This document shows, in pieces, positions 27,199 through 37,232 of a stretch of 64,000 bases of DNA. The number at the start of each line of letters is the position of its first letter. The stretch's first letter is position 1. The stretch comes from an uncultured Acidobacteriota bacterium (lineage in GTDB: Bacteria > Acidobacteriota > Thermoanaerobaculia > UBA5066 > Gp7-AA6): contig CAWATD010000006.1 of assembly GCA_963784935.1 (NCBI GenBank), positions 350,572 to 414,571 on the forward strand, read 5' to 3'. The notes beneath the pieces were generated by a model. The model did not search any database. It saw only the letters and a program-made list of their open reading frames with translations, and was not told the DNA's origin. The position numbers and the translations under genes were made by a program.

Positions 27199-28331
27199 GG
27201 AGCCCTCTCGAAGAAGTCACGGACGGCCTCGATCACGGCCCCGACCTCGCGCTCGGAGAGCGACGGGTAGATCGGAAGGGAGGCGACCGTCTCGCAGGCT
27301 TCCTCCGAAACGGGGAAATCCCCCTTCCGGTATCCGAGGAAGGCGTAGGCGGGCTGCAGGTGGAGCGGTGTCGGGTAGTGGATCCCGGTCTCGATCCCGT
27401 GGGAGGCGAGGTGCTCGCGGAAAGCGTCGCGCCGCGCGATCCGGACGGGGTAGAGGTGCCTGGCGGGAACCGACTCGGGCCGACAGCCGAGCAGTCGCAG
27501 CGGAAGCTCTCGGAACGCCGCGTCGTAGCGTTCCCCGATCTCGCGCCGGCGGGCGTTCTCGCTTTCGAGGAAAGGGAGCTTGGCGCGCAGGATCGCGGCC
27601 TGGATCTCGTCCAGGCGGGAGTTCCAGCCCTCACGCTCGGCGTGGTCGCGCCGGCTCCAGCCGTACTGCCGCCGATCTCTGACCTCGTCGGCGATCCGGG
27701 CGTCGTTGGTCGCGACCGCGCCGCCATCTCCGTATGCCCCGAGGTTCTTGGAGGGATAGAAGGAAAACGCCGCCGCGTTCCCGAAGCTCCCCGACGAGCG
27801 GCCACGCCAGCTCGCCCCGTGGCTCTGGGCGCAGTCTTCGATGAGCGCGAGCCCTTCGCGTCTTGCCAGAAGCGACAGACGCTCGAGGTCGGCGAGGCCG
27901 CCATAGAGGTGGACGGGGAGCAGGCATTTGAGGGTCGACGTGACGGCGCTTTCGGCGCTGTCGGCGTCCAGCGTGAGCGTCTCCGGGTCGACATCGGCGA
28001 GCCGCGGCCATGCCCGCGCCAGGCGCACCGCGGCGATCGTGGGCACGCACGTGTTGGCGGGCAGGAGGACTTCGTCCTCGGCGTGGAGCCCGGCGGCCTG
28101 GAGGGCCAGAGCAATGGCCTCGGTACCGTTGGCGCAGGCGACGACGTGCGAGACGCCGAGCCACTGTGCGAATTCCTCCTCGAAACGGCGGACCTCCTCG
28201 CCCAGGATGAACCAACCGCGTTCGAGGACTCGCGCAATCGCGGCGTCGATCGCGGCCCGCTTGCCGCGATAGTCGTCGGCCAGGGCGCCGAACGCCACGC
28301 GGGGGGCAGCGCCGGCCGCGCCCGGGCTCAT
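27195..28331 (-). CDS. DegT/DnrJ/EryC1/StrS family sugar aminotransferase
   Basis: Start MSPGAAG (ATGA overlap with the upstream gene); 378 aa. Contains WFILGEEVRRFEEEFA, FSFYPSKNLGAYGDGG and HYPTPLHLQPAY. Confidence 0.9.
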   Translation of the reverse strand: MSPGAAGAAPRVAFGALADDYRGKRAAIDAAIARVLERGWFILGEEVRRFEEEFAQWLGVSHVVACANGTEAIALALQAAGLHAEDEVLLPANTCVPTIAAVRLARAWPRLADVDPETLTLDADSAESAVTSTLKCLLPVHLYGGLADLERLSLLARREGLALIEDCAQSHGASWRGRSSGSFGNAAAFSFYPSKNLGAYGDGGAVATNDARIADEVRDRRQYGWSRRDHAEREGWNSRLDEIQAAILRAKLPFLESENARRREIGERYDAAFRELPLRLLGCRPESVPARHLYPVRIARRDAFREHLASHGIETGIHYPTPLHLQPAYAFLGYRKGDFPVSEEACETVASLPIYPSLSEREVGAVIEAVRDFFERAP

Positions 28332-28888
28332 GCCGCCTCGACGACCTCGCCGGACGCGTGGCGCGCGTAGCGGCGGCCGCAGGAGCAGGCCGTGCTCCCG
28401 TTCTCGAAGCGGAGGGTCTTCCCGCAGCGGCAGACGTGCCCGTGGATCTGGGCGGGGCCGCCGTAGACGAGTGCGAAGTCCGGGACGTCCCTCGTGACGA
28501 GCGCGGCCGCTCCCACCATGGCGAACCGTCCGACGGCGATGCCCGGCAGGAGGATTGCCCCCGCGCCCAGGCTCGCACCCTCCCGCACCCGCGTTTGCGG
28601 AAAAGCCTCGGGGCGCCGGCGGCTGCGGGGCCGCGGATCGTTCGAGAAGATCACGCCCGGCCCGACGAAAACGCCGTCCTCGAGCACGAGGCCGTCGTAG
28701 AGCGAAACGCCGCACTTGACCGTCACGCGGTCGCCGAGGACGACGTCGTTTTCGATGAAACAGCGGTCGCAGACGTTGCAGTCCGCGCCGATCCGGGCCC
28801 CGGCGAGGATGTTGACGAACGCCCAGATCCGCGTGCCGTCGCCGATCGCCTTCGTGGCGACGAGCGCGGTGGGATGAATCGAGATCAT
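28328..28888 (-). CDS. hexapeptide-repeat (left-handed beta-helix) sugar N-acetyltransferase-like protein
   Basis: 186 aa. Imperfect hexapeptide repeats (IGDGTRIW.., IGADCNV.., LGDRVTV..). C-terminal CRCG...CSCG zinc-ribbon-like tail. Confidence 0.8.
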   Translation of the reverse strand: MISIHPTALVATKAIGDGTRIWAFVNILAGARIGADCNVCDRCFIENDVVLGDRVTVKCGVSLYDGLVLEDGVFVGPGVIFSNDPRPRSRRRPEAFPQTRVREGASLGAGAILLPGIAVGRFAMVGAAALVTRDVPDFALVYGGPAQIHGHVCRCGKTLRFENGSTACSCGRRYARHASGEVVEAA

Positions 28889-28926
28889 GGACTGCGGGTA
28901 GCTTACCGGATGGGGGCCCCCGGGCG

Positions 28927-29907
28927 TCAGAAGTAGTCGGCGCGGCGCTCGCGGTAGAACTCGACCGTCCGCACCAGACCGTCCCGGAGGCTCGTTTTCG
29001 GCTCCCAGCCGAGCAGGGTGCGGATCTTCGTGATGTCGGAGACGAAGTCGCCCGGCTCCTGGGCCTTGCGCTCGGGGGTGAAGTCGGTGAATTCCAGGCG
29101 CGCCCCCGGGACGATCTCCCGCAGGAGCTCGGCCACCTCGAGGAAGGTCGAGGGCCGGTCGTGCCCGACGTTGAGGACCTCGCCGACCGCCCGCGGCTCG
29201 GAGGCGGCGAGAAGCAGCGCCTCGACGCAGTCGTCCACGTAGAGAAAGTCGCGGAGGATCCTGCCGGAGCCGAAAATCGGAATCGGCTTTCCGTCGAGAG
29301 CCAGACGCACGAACCAGTTCACGACGCCGAACTGCGAGTGCTTCATCTGGCCCCGCGGGCCGTACACGTTGGTCAGGCGCAGGGGCACGGTGCGGATGCC
29401 ATGGATGCGCGTGTAGGTGCGGCAGATCATCTCGGCCGAGAGCTGCGAGATTTCGTAGATGCCGCGCGGGTCCGACGGTGTCTCTTCGGAGACGGGCAGC
29501 TTCACGGCGGGCCCGTACTGGCCGCGGGTGCCCGAGCGCACGACGAGCGCGTCGGGGTTCGCCTTGCGGCAGGCCTCGAGCAGGACGGCGGTGCCCTTGA
29601 TGTTGATGTCGATGTCGGGATAGGGGTTCGAGAGCGACATGACATGGGAGACCTGCGCCGCCAGGTGAAAAACGACGTCCTGGCCCGCGACGAGCCGCTC
29701 CATCGCGGCTGCGTCGCGAACGTCGGCGGTGTCGACGACCACGTCGGAGCGGATCTCGCGGATGTTCGCGGGGTTGCCGCCGTAACCCTCGATCATCGCG
29801 TCGCAGAGCGTGACGCGGGCGCCCTCCGAAACGAGGTGCCGGGCGAGGTTGGAGCCGATGAACCCGAGCCCTCCGGTGACAAGAACGCGCTTGCGGGAAA
29901 GAGTCAT
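28927..29907 (-). CDS. NAD-dependent epimerase/dehydratase (extended SDR)
   Basis: 326 aa. Rossmann motif VLVTGGLGFIGSNL and the YxxxK region YEISQLSAE. Confidence 0.9.
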   Translation of the reverse strand: MTLSRKRVLVTGGLGFIGSNLARHLVSEGARVTLCDAMIEGYGGNPANIREIRSDVVVDTADVRDAAAMERLVAGQDVVFHLAAQVSHVMSLSNPYPDIDINIKGTAVLLEACRKANPDALVVRSGTRGQYGPAVKLPVSEETPSDPRGIYEISQLSAEMICRTYTRIHGIRTVPLRLTNVYGPRGQMKHSQFGVVNWFVRLALDGKPIPIFGSGRILRDFLYVDDCVEALLLAASEPRAVGEVLNVGHDRPSTFLEVAELLREIVPGARLEFTDFTPERKAQEPGDFVSDITKIRTLLGWEPKTSLRDGLVRTVEFYRERRADYF

Positions 29908-30037
29908 CTGTTACCGATTCTGCGACATCGGTTACCCAACTTCAACGACCGTGGCGCGAGCCGTGGCGCCAGATTCGTCGTGAGCTTTCCCGGTTTCGAC
30001 GATCCAGATGCCGGGGTGCTGGCTGTCATAAGCTAAT

Positions 30038-30505
30038 TTGTCCATGGCGAATCCGGTATCCCGGAAGGGAATCCCATCGCGGCTCCGCCGGGTTGTCGCG
30101 ATCGTCGCGTTCGTCACGGCGTTCGTCTTTCTTGCCGGTGGCGATCCATTTCCCGAGTTTCGTAGCCGGCTCGACATTCTGCGACGATCCTGGCGGAAGG
30201 AGTCGGCTGTGCGACGCCTCGAAGGGACGGCAGCGGCCTACGACCGGCGTTTCGCAGCGCTCGTGGTTTCGGCTCGAGACGCCTTGCCTCTCGGGGCTCC
30301 CGGGCTCGCTCTCTACGCGCCTGGCATCCCGGAATGGGGCGGGCTCTACTTCGCTGTCTATCATTTTGCGCCGACGCCGGTGTTGCTGGCTCCCAAGCGC
30401 GTTCCTGCCGGCTGGCTCGTGCTGAAGTACGGCCAAAGCGGGCCTTCTGACGGACGCGTCGTGCGGCAGTTTACGGACGGTGCGTTACTCCTTCCGCCTC
30501 CATGA
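30038..30505 (+). CDS. membrane-anchored hypothetical protein
   Basis: 155 aa with one N-terminal TM helix. ATGA overlap with the downstream gene. Noticeably lower GC than its surroundings. Confidence 0.5.
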   Translation: MSMANPVSRKGIPSRLRRVVAIVAFVTAFVFLAGGDPFPEFRSRLDILRRSWRKESAVRRLEGTAAAYDRRFAALVVSARDALPLGAPGLALYAPGIPEWGGLYFAVYHFAPTPVLLAPKRVPAGWLVLKYGQSGPSDGRVVRQFTDGALLLPPP

Positions 30506-32022
30506 GCTCAGTGAGTCTTCCGCTGTCCCTGCTTCAGGTCGGAGGAATCCTGCTGTTGGCGTCATTCGTCGGCAAGGCCGTGACCTTCGTCTTGCTTCCC
30601 GGCGGTGGCGGCCCGACGCTCGAAAGGTGGGGATGGAGCATCGCAGTCGCCCCGCTCCTCATTGCTGTCCACGTCCTCGTCTCATTCACGGTGCGGCTTC
30701 ATCCGGGTTGGATCGCGTTGCTGGCGCTGGCGTTCTGCGGAATTGTCATGGCCCGCCGTTTCCGCTTGCCGAGGGGGGACCGGGCGTCCGGCGGGCGGAA
30801 CTGGCGATCGCCCGCGACCCTATTCCTTCTCGCAATCACGGTGGCCGGGATGGCGATCTACGCGGTGCGAAGCCTCGCGGAACCGATGTGGTCGAACGAC
30901 TTTCTCGCGGTCTGGGGACTCAAGGGCAAGACGATCTTCGGAGACGCGGGAATACCGCAGCGGCTGTTTCGGTGGCCCGAGTTCGCCTTCTCGAACCCGG
31001 GCTATCCGATCGGGCTTCCACTGGTGTACGCGGGAATCGCGTTTCTTCTGGATCGATGGGACGACCACGCCATGGCCCTGCTCTTCCCTTTCTTCCAGCT
31101 CGGCACCCTGCTGGTTCTGGTCGGATGGTTGCTGAGGCGCGGGATCGTTCCCGTCGTCGCGCTGGCTGCGGCGGCATTCGTGGCGAACTTCGGCCTGCTG
31201 TATTCGGCCTGGCTGAGCGGAATGGCGGAGGTTCCGGCGGCATTCGCGTTTCTCCTGGTCGGTACCGCGCTGTGGGATGTTCTCGACGATACCGACCCGG
31301 GCTCCGTTCGCCGGCTCTTTCTGGCGTCGCTGCTGGCCGCCGCGACGAAGAACGAAGGGGTGTTCCTGCTCGGGACCGCATGGGCACTTCTCGGGTTCCG
31401 GGCAGTCCTGCGACGGGAGCGCCGGCTGTGGGTCGGTGCGACGGCCGTCCTGATTGCCGGCCTGGGCTCCGTCCTGCTCCACCGGCTCGTTCTCGGAAGT
31501 CACACGATACGCGGTCTCGACCTCGGGCTCCTGTGGCGCTCCGGCCTTGGTTCCCGCGTTGTGGAGACTCTGCGTCAGGAATGGACTCAGCTCATACGGC
31601 CCATCTGGCCGGGACTGGTCGCCGTCATCGCGCTGCTGGGGCTTGGCTCGCGGCGATCGAGCGCGAACCCGATACTCATCGTTGTGTCGGCGTCGTTGGT
31701 GACCTACCTCGCCATTCCCGTCCTGTGTCCTTGGGGGCCGGACTGGTTGATCCATTGGACCGTAGGTCGGATAACCTGCGCCCTGGTTCCTCTGCTGGCA
31801 GCGGGGATCGGCATGGCCTGGTGTCACCGTGGAGGCCCAGCTCTCGACGATAAGCGACTGGAGAGGGGCGAAGGCAGCATCATGTCGAGGCGAGCATCCG
31901 GACCCGATCCATTTCTGGCGACACGAGCCTCGTTGCCCCTATCCCAGGGAGTTCTTTCTTCCTCTTCTTATCGCCGTCCGGTATCGTCATCCCAACCTGG
32001 GAAGGCATTGGCAAGACCTTAA
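30502..32022 (+). CDS. polytopic membrane protein, possibly a GT-C-fold (ArnT/PMT-like) glycosyltransferase
   Basis: 506 aa with more than 10 hydrophobic helices. It faces a polyprenyl-P sugar cassette. The fold assignment is inference only. The last ~60 aa look non-globular, so the stop may be read-through of a shorter gene. Confidence 0.55.
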   Translation: MSSVSLPLSLLQVGGILLLASFVGKAVTFVLLPGGGGPTLERWGWSIAVAPLLIAVHVLVSFTVRLHPGWIALLALAFCGIVMARRFRLPRGDRASGGRNWRSPATLFLLAITVAGMAIYAVRSLAEPMWSNDFLAVWGLKGKTIFGDAGIPQRLFRWPEFAFSNPGYPIGLPLVYAGIAFLLDRWDDHAMALLFPFFQLGTLLVLVGWLLRRGIVPVVALAAAAFVANFGLLYSAWLSGMAEVPAAFAFLLVGTALWDVLDDTDPGSVRRLFLASLLAAATKNEGVFLLGTAWALLGFRAVLRRERRLWVGATAVLIAGLGSVLLHRLVLGSHTIRGLDLGLLWRSGLGSRVVETLRQEWTQLIRPIWPGLVAVIALLGLGSRRSSANPILIVVSASLVTYLAIPVLCPWGPDWLIHWTVGRITCALVPLLAAGIGMAWCHRGGPALDDKRLERGEGSIMSRRASGPDPFLATRASLPLSQGVLSSSSYRRPVSSSQPGKALARP

Positions 32023-32076
32023 ATAACTGATCTATAACAGTTTATTCGTAAAGCCTCGAGTCAGGCTCGGACTCTG

Positions 32077-32103
32077 CTAGCACTCGTCATCGAGGAGTGC
32101 TAG
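32077..32103. promoter_or_regulatory. CIRCE operator (HrcA binding site) upstream of groES
   Basis: CTAGCACTC-N9-GAGTGCTAG is a perfect 9-bp inverted repeat with a 9-nt spacer. It matches the consensus TTAGCACTC-N9-GAGTGCTAA and lies 60 nt upstream of the groES ATG. Confidence 0.9.
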
Positions 32104-32162
32104 TATCGCACTCCCCCGGCAACGGGGACCACGAAGGCAACACAACTTCAAGGAGGAAGTTC

Positions 32163-32456
32163 ATGAAAGTTCGGCCACTCTACGATCGAATCCTGGTCAA
32201 GCGGCTCGAGGTCGGCGAGATGAAGAAGGGCGGGATCATCATCCCGGACACCGCCAAGGAGAAGCCGATGGAGGCGGAAGTCGTCGCCGTCGGCAAGGGC
32301 AAGGTGAACGAGGACGGCAAGCAGTTTCCCCTGGACGTCAAGAAGGGCGACCGCATCCTCATCGGCAAGTACGCCGGCACCGAAATCAAGATCGACGACG
32401 AAGAGCACCTGATCCTGCGCGAGGACGAAGTGCTCGCGGTCGTCGAAGGGAAGTAA
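32163..32456 (+). CDS. groES: co-chaperonin GroES
   Basis: 97 aa, [16 protein letters not shown].... AAGGAGGA RBS lies 6 nt upstream. Confidence 0.95.
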   Translation: MKVRPLYDRILVKRLEVGEMKKGGIIIPDTAKEKPMEAEVVAVGKGKVNEDGKQFPLDVKKGDRILIGKYAGTEIKIDDEEHLILREDEVLAVVEGK

Positions 32457-34115
<1,659 letters not shown>

Positions 34116-34147
34116 TCCCGACGTAAGTCGCAAGACGCGAGACGTTC

Positions 34148-34178
34148 GAGCCCCGGCGCGAGCCGGGGCTCTTTTTTT
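34148..34178 (+). terminator. rho-independent terminator of groESL
   Basis: Perfect 10-bp stem GAGCCCCGGC / GCCGGGGCTC, GCGA loop, then T7. Confidence 0.9.
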
Positions 34179-34191
34179 GGAGCGGAGAGGG

Positions 34192-35055
34192 CTAGAAGCC
34201 CCCTTCGAACGTCTTGCAGGCGCCGGGGTCGCCGGCCGTCAGCCCGCGGCGCAGCCACTCGACGCGCTGCTGCGAGGAACCGTGCGTCCAGGACTCCGGC
34301 TGGACCCGGCCCGTGGCCATGCGTTGGAGGCGGTCGTCGCCGATGGCAGCCGCGGCACGCAAACCGGCTTCCGCGTCTCCGGGCTCGAGCAACCCCTTGC
34401 GCGCGCCGCGATTGCCCCAGACGCCGGCGAAGCAGTCGGCCTGCAGCTCGAGACGGACGGAGAGCTGGTTGGCGCCCTCCCGGGAGCTCCGCCGCCGCAG
34501 ATCGTCCACCTTGTCGGCGATCCCGAGCTGCTGCTGCACGTGGTGGCCGATCTCGTGGGCGATCACGTACGCCCGGGCGAAGTCTCCCGGAGCGCCGAAG
34601 CGTTGGGAGAGCTCGTCGAAGAAGCCGAGGTCGAGGTAGACCTTGCGGTCGAGCGGACAGTAGAACGGGCCCTGCGCCGCCGACCCACTGCCGCATGCGG
34701 TCGGGGTCGCGTCCGTGAAGAGGACGAGTTTCGGCAGCTCGTACCGTTGCCCGGAGGCGGCGAAGATCGAAGCCCACGTGTCCTCGGTGTCGGCAAGAAC
34801 GGCCGACACGAATCTCTTTTCCTTGTCCTCCCCGCCGGGCGGCGCGGGCGATCCGCCGGAGGAAGGAGCGACGACGCTGCCCGATGGGGAAGACCCCTGC
34901 AGCAGCTGGAGGATGCGCAGAGGGCTGTTGCCGGTGACCAGGGAGATGACGAGGACGAGGATCAGAGTTCCGCAGCCGCCGATTGCGATGCGTCCCCCCG
35001 AGAATCCGCGCCGGTCTTCGACCTGATCGCTCTGGCGGCCGTCCTCCCATCGCAT
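34192..35055 (-). CDS. neutral zinc metallopeptidase (YpfJ family)
   Basis: Start MRWEDGRQSDQVEDRRG (35055), typical for the family. One TM helix and the HEIGHH zinc motif. Confidence 0.85.
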   Translation of the reverse strand: MRWEDGRQSDQVEDRRGFSGGRIAIGGCGTLILVLVISLVTGNSPLRILQLLQGSSPSGSVVAPSSGGSPAPPGGEDKEKRFVSAVLADTEDTWASIFAASGQRYELPKLVLFTDATPTACGSGSAAQGPFYCPLDRKVYLDLGFFDELSQRFGAPGDFARAYVIAHEIGHHVQQQLGIADKVDDLRRRSSREGANQLSVRLELQADCFAGVWGNRGARKGLLEPGDAEAGLRAAAAIGDDRLQRMATGRVQPESWTHGSSQQRVEWLRRGLTAGDPGACKTFEGGF

Positions 35056-35156
35056 GGCCGCCGTTATACACCGAGCGCGGGCCGCGAACGGGTTGCACAC
35101 GAGGCGTGGCAACAATTGGAACCTATGCTTTCGATTATCATGATATACTAAGGCCA

Positions 35157-36311
35157 ATGTTCCGACGGTCAGTCCGCCTCCCGGAGCGTCCGCGCGAGTC
35201 CTTCTTCCTCTGGGGGCCCCGGCAGACCGGCAAGACCACGCTCCTGAAGGCGCTCTACCCGCAGGCCATCCGGATCGACCTCGGCAGGACCGAAGAGTTC
35301 GTGCGCTACAGCGAGCGGCCCGCGCTCCTGCGCGAGGAGCTCGAGCACAGCCCGCCGGACCCGGTCGTCGTGATCGACGAGATCCAGAAGATCCCTCCGC
35401 TCCTCGAAGAAGTGCGCTGGCTGGTCGAGAACCGCGGCCGCGTTTTCGCGATGGCGGGCTCGAACGCTCGGCCCGTGCGGCAGTCGACTCCAGCCCTCCC
35501 GCCGGGGCGCGTGGCGCGCTTCGACCTGTTCGGCCTGACGTCGGCCGAGATCGGCCGGCCGTTCGACCTCTGCCGGATGCTCAACCACGGCTACCTGCCG
35601 CGGCACTATCTCGCCGACGCCCCCGTACGCCCGCTGCGCGCCTACGTCGAGAGCTACCTGAAGGAGGAGGCGCCGCTCTCGGGCCGGACCCGGAGCATGC
35701 GCGCTTTCTCCGGCTTCCTGACGGCGGTTGCGCTGACGGACGCGGAGCTCGTCAACTACGCCACGATCGCCCGCGAATGCGGGGTCTCCGCGCCCACGGC
35801 CCGCGAGTACTTCCAGGTCCTGGTCGACACGCGTCTGGGCCGGTTCCTGCCGGCGTTCACGAAGCGGCCGAAGCGGCGCGTGATCGGGGCGCCGAAGTTC
35901 TTCCTGGCGGACGTCGGGATGGTCAACACGCTGGCGCGGCGGGGCGCCCTGGCGGCGGGCTCCGAGCTCTTCGGAAAGGCGTTCGAAAACTGGATCTTTC
36001 ACGAGTTGACGGCGGCCTCGCACTACCGGGAGCGGTACATGGAGCTCTCGTACTGGCGCCTCGCGAGCGGCATCGAGGTCGACTTCGTGGTCGGGGACAT
36101 GCGCTGCGCGATCGAGGCCAAGGCGGTCGCCCGCGTGACCTCCGACCACCTCAAGGCCCTGCGCCAGCTCGTCGTGGATCAGCCCGGTGTCCGCCGCCGG
36201 GTCGTCGCGTCGCTCGAACCCAGCCCTCGCGTGACCGAGGACGGGATCGAGGTCCTGCCGTGGAGGGTGTTTCTCGACCGGCTGTGGAGCGGGGAGTTCT
36301 GGGGAGAATGA
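35157..36311 (+). CDS. AAA+ ATPase with DUF4143-type C-terminal region
   Basis: 384 aa. Walker A GPRQTGKTT and Walker B VVVIDEIQ. The C-terminal GIEVDFVV...CAIEAKA resembles a PD-(D/E)xK nuclease motif. Preceded by an unusually AT-rich ~60 nt. Confidence 0.85.
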   Translation: MFRRSVRLPERPRESFFLWGPRQTGKTTLLKALYPQAIRIDLGRTEEFVRYSERPALLREELEHSPPDPVVVIDEIQKIPPLLEEVRWLVENRGRVFAMAGSNARPVRQSTPALPPGRVARFDLFGLTSAEIGRPFDLCRMLNHGYLPRHYLADAPVRPLRAYVESYLKEEAPLSGRTRSMRAFSGFLTAVALTDAELVNYATIARECGVSAPTAREYFQVLVDTRLGRFLPAFTKRPKRRVIGAPKFFLADVGMVNTLARRGALAAGSELFGKAFENWIFHELTAASHYRERYMELSYWRLASGIEVDFVVGDMRCAIEAKAVARVTSDHLKALRQLVVDQPGVRRRVVASLEPSPRVTEDGIEVLPWRVFLDRLWSGEFWGE

Positions 36312-37222
36312 TCGGCGAGGGGGCCGCCGGGAGGGTCGCGGCGGTCATCGTGCACTACCGCACGCCCCGCGAGACGGCGGCCGCCGCCGCGGCGGTTGCC
36401 GGGACCGCTCCGGAGGCCGAGGTCGTCGTCGTCGACAACGCCTCGGGCGATGGTGTCGCCGAAGAGCTCGCGCGCGCGGCGCCGGGTGCGCGGCTCGTCG
36501 AGGAAAGCGTGAACCGGGGATATGGGGCGGCTTGCAATCGCGGAGCCCGCGAGACGGATCGGCCCTATCTCCTGTTTCTCAATTCGGACGCGGTCGTCCT
36601 TCCTGGCGCGGTCGCCGCGCTCGCGGAGGCCCTCGACCGCGAGGCGGGGCTGGCCGCCGTCGGTCCGCGCCTCCGGAACCTGGATGGATCGCTGCAGGCA
36701 TCGATCCGTCGCCTCCCGACTCCCTGGAGGATCTTCTGCGAGAGCTCGGGCCTGGCCTTTCTTTCGGGCGGCCGCGCGCCGTTCGAGGGCCACAGCGCCA
36801 CCCGCCAGGACCACGAGCATTGCCGTCCGGTCGAGGCCCTCATGGGCGCGGCCTTGCTCGTGCGCCGCATCGCGTTCGAGCAGGCCGGCGGCTTCGACGA
36901 GGCGTTCTTCCTGTATGCCGAGGAGACCGACCTGATGGCGCGCTGGCGCGAACACGGCTGGCGGGTTCTCTACGAGCCGAGGGCGGAGGCCGTGCACGCG
37001 GGAGGCCGCTCCGCGGGCGACCGGCTGTTCGGCCAGCTTCACGCCTCGCTCGTGCGCTACACGCGCAAGCACCATGGGCGCGCGGCGGCACTGCTCGCAG
37101 GCCTTGCTCTCGATGCCGGCGCCGCCGCCCGCTACGCCGCGGCACTCGCGACTCGGGGAGAGCGGGGACGCGTCCGGCGGGCTCGCTACCGGTCGGCCCT
37201 GGGGCGCCGCCGTCACCCATAA
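36308..37222 (+). CDS. glycosyltransferase family 2
   Basis: ATGA overlap with the upstream ATPase gene. Contains VIVHYRTP, VVVDNASGDG, NRGYGAACNRG and LFLNSDAVV. Confidence 0.85.
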   Translation: MIGEGAAGRVAAVIVHYRTPRETAAAAAAVAGTAPEAEVVVVDNASGDGVAEELARAAPGARLVEESVNRGYGAACNRGARETDRPYLLFLNSDAVVLPGAVAALAEALDREAGLAAVGPRLRNLDGSLQASIRRLPTPWRIFCESSGLAFLSGGRAPFEGHSATRQDHEHCRPVEALMGAALLVRRIAFEQAGGFDEAFFLYAEETDLMARWREHGWRVLYEPRAEAVHAGGRSAGDRLFGQLHASLVRYTRKHHGRAAALLAGLALDAGAAARYAAALATRGERGRVRRARYRSALGRRRHP

Positions 37223-37232
37223 TGCGACCGGG

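Noticed and set aside
32023-32076. AT-rich stretch upstream of CIRCE with TATAAC / TTTATT strings (possible groESL promoter)
   Set aside because: Several alternative -10/-35 pairings are possible and none is convincing by eye. Only the CIRCE operator itself is reported.
35086-35125. Possible sigma-54 promoter (TGGCAA..N..TTGGAA / TTGCACACG) and a small hairpin TTGCACACG-AGG-CGTGGCAA
   Set aside because: On neither strand do the GG and GC dinucleotides have the required spacing (GG-N10-GC) or match the TGGCAC-N5-TTGC consensus. The hairpin has only 4+4 bp with a bulge.
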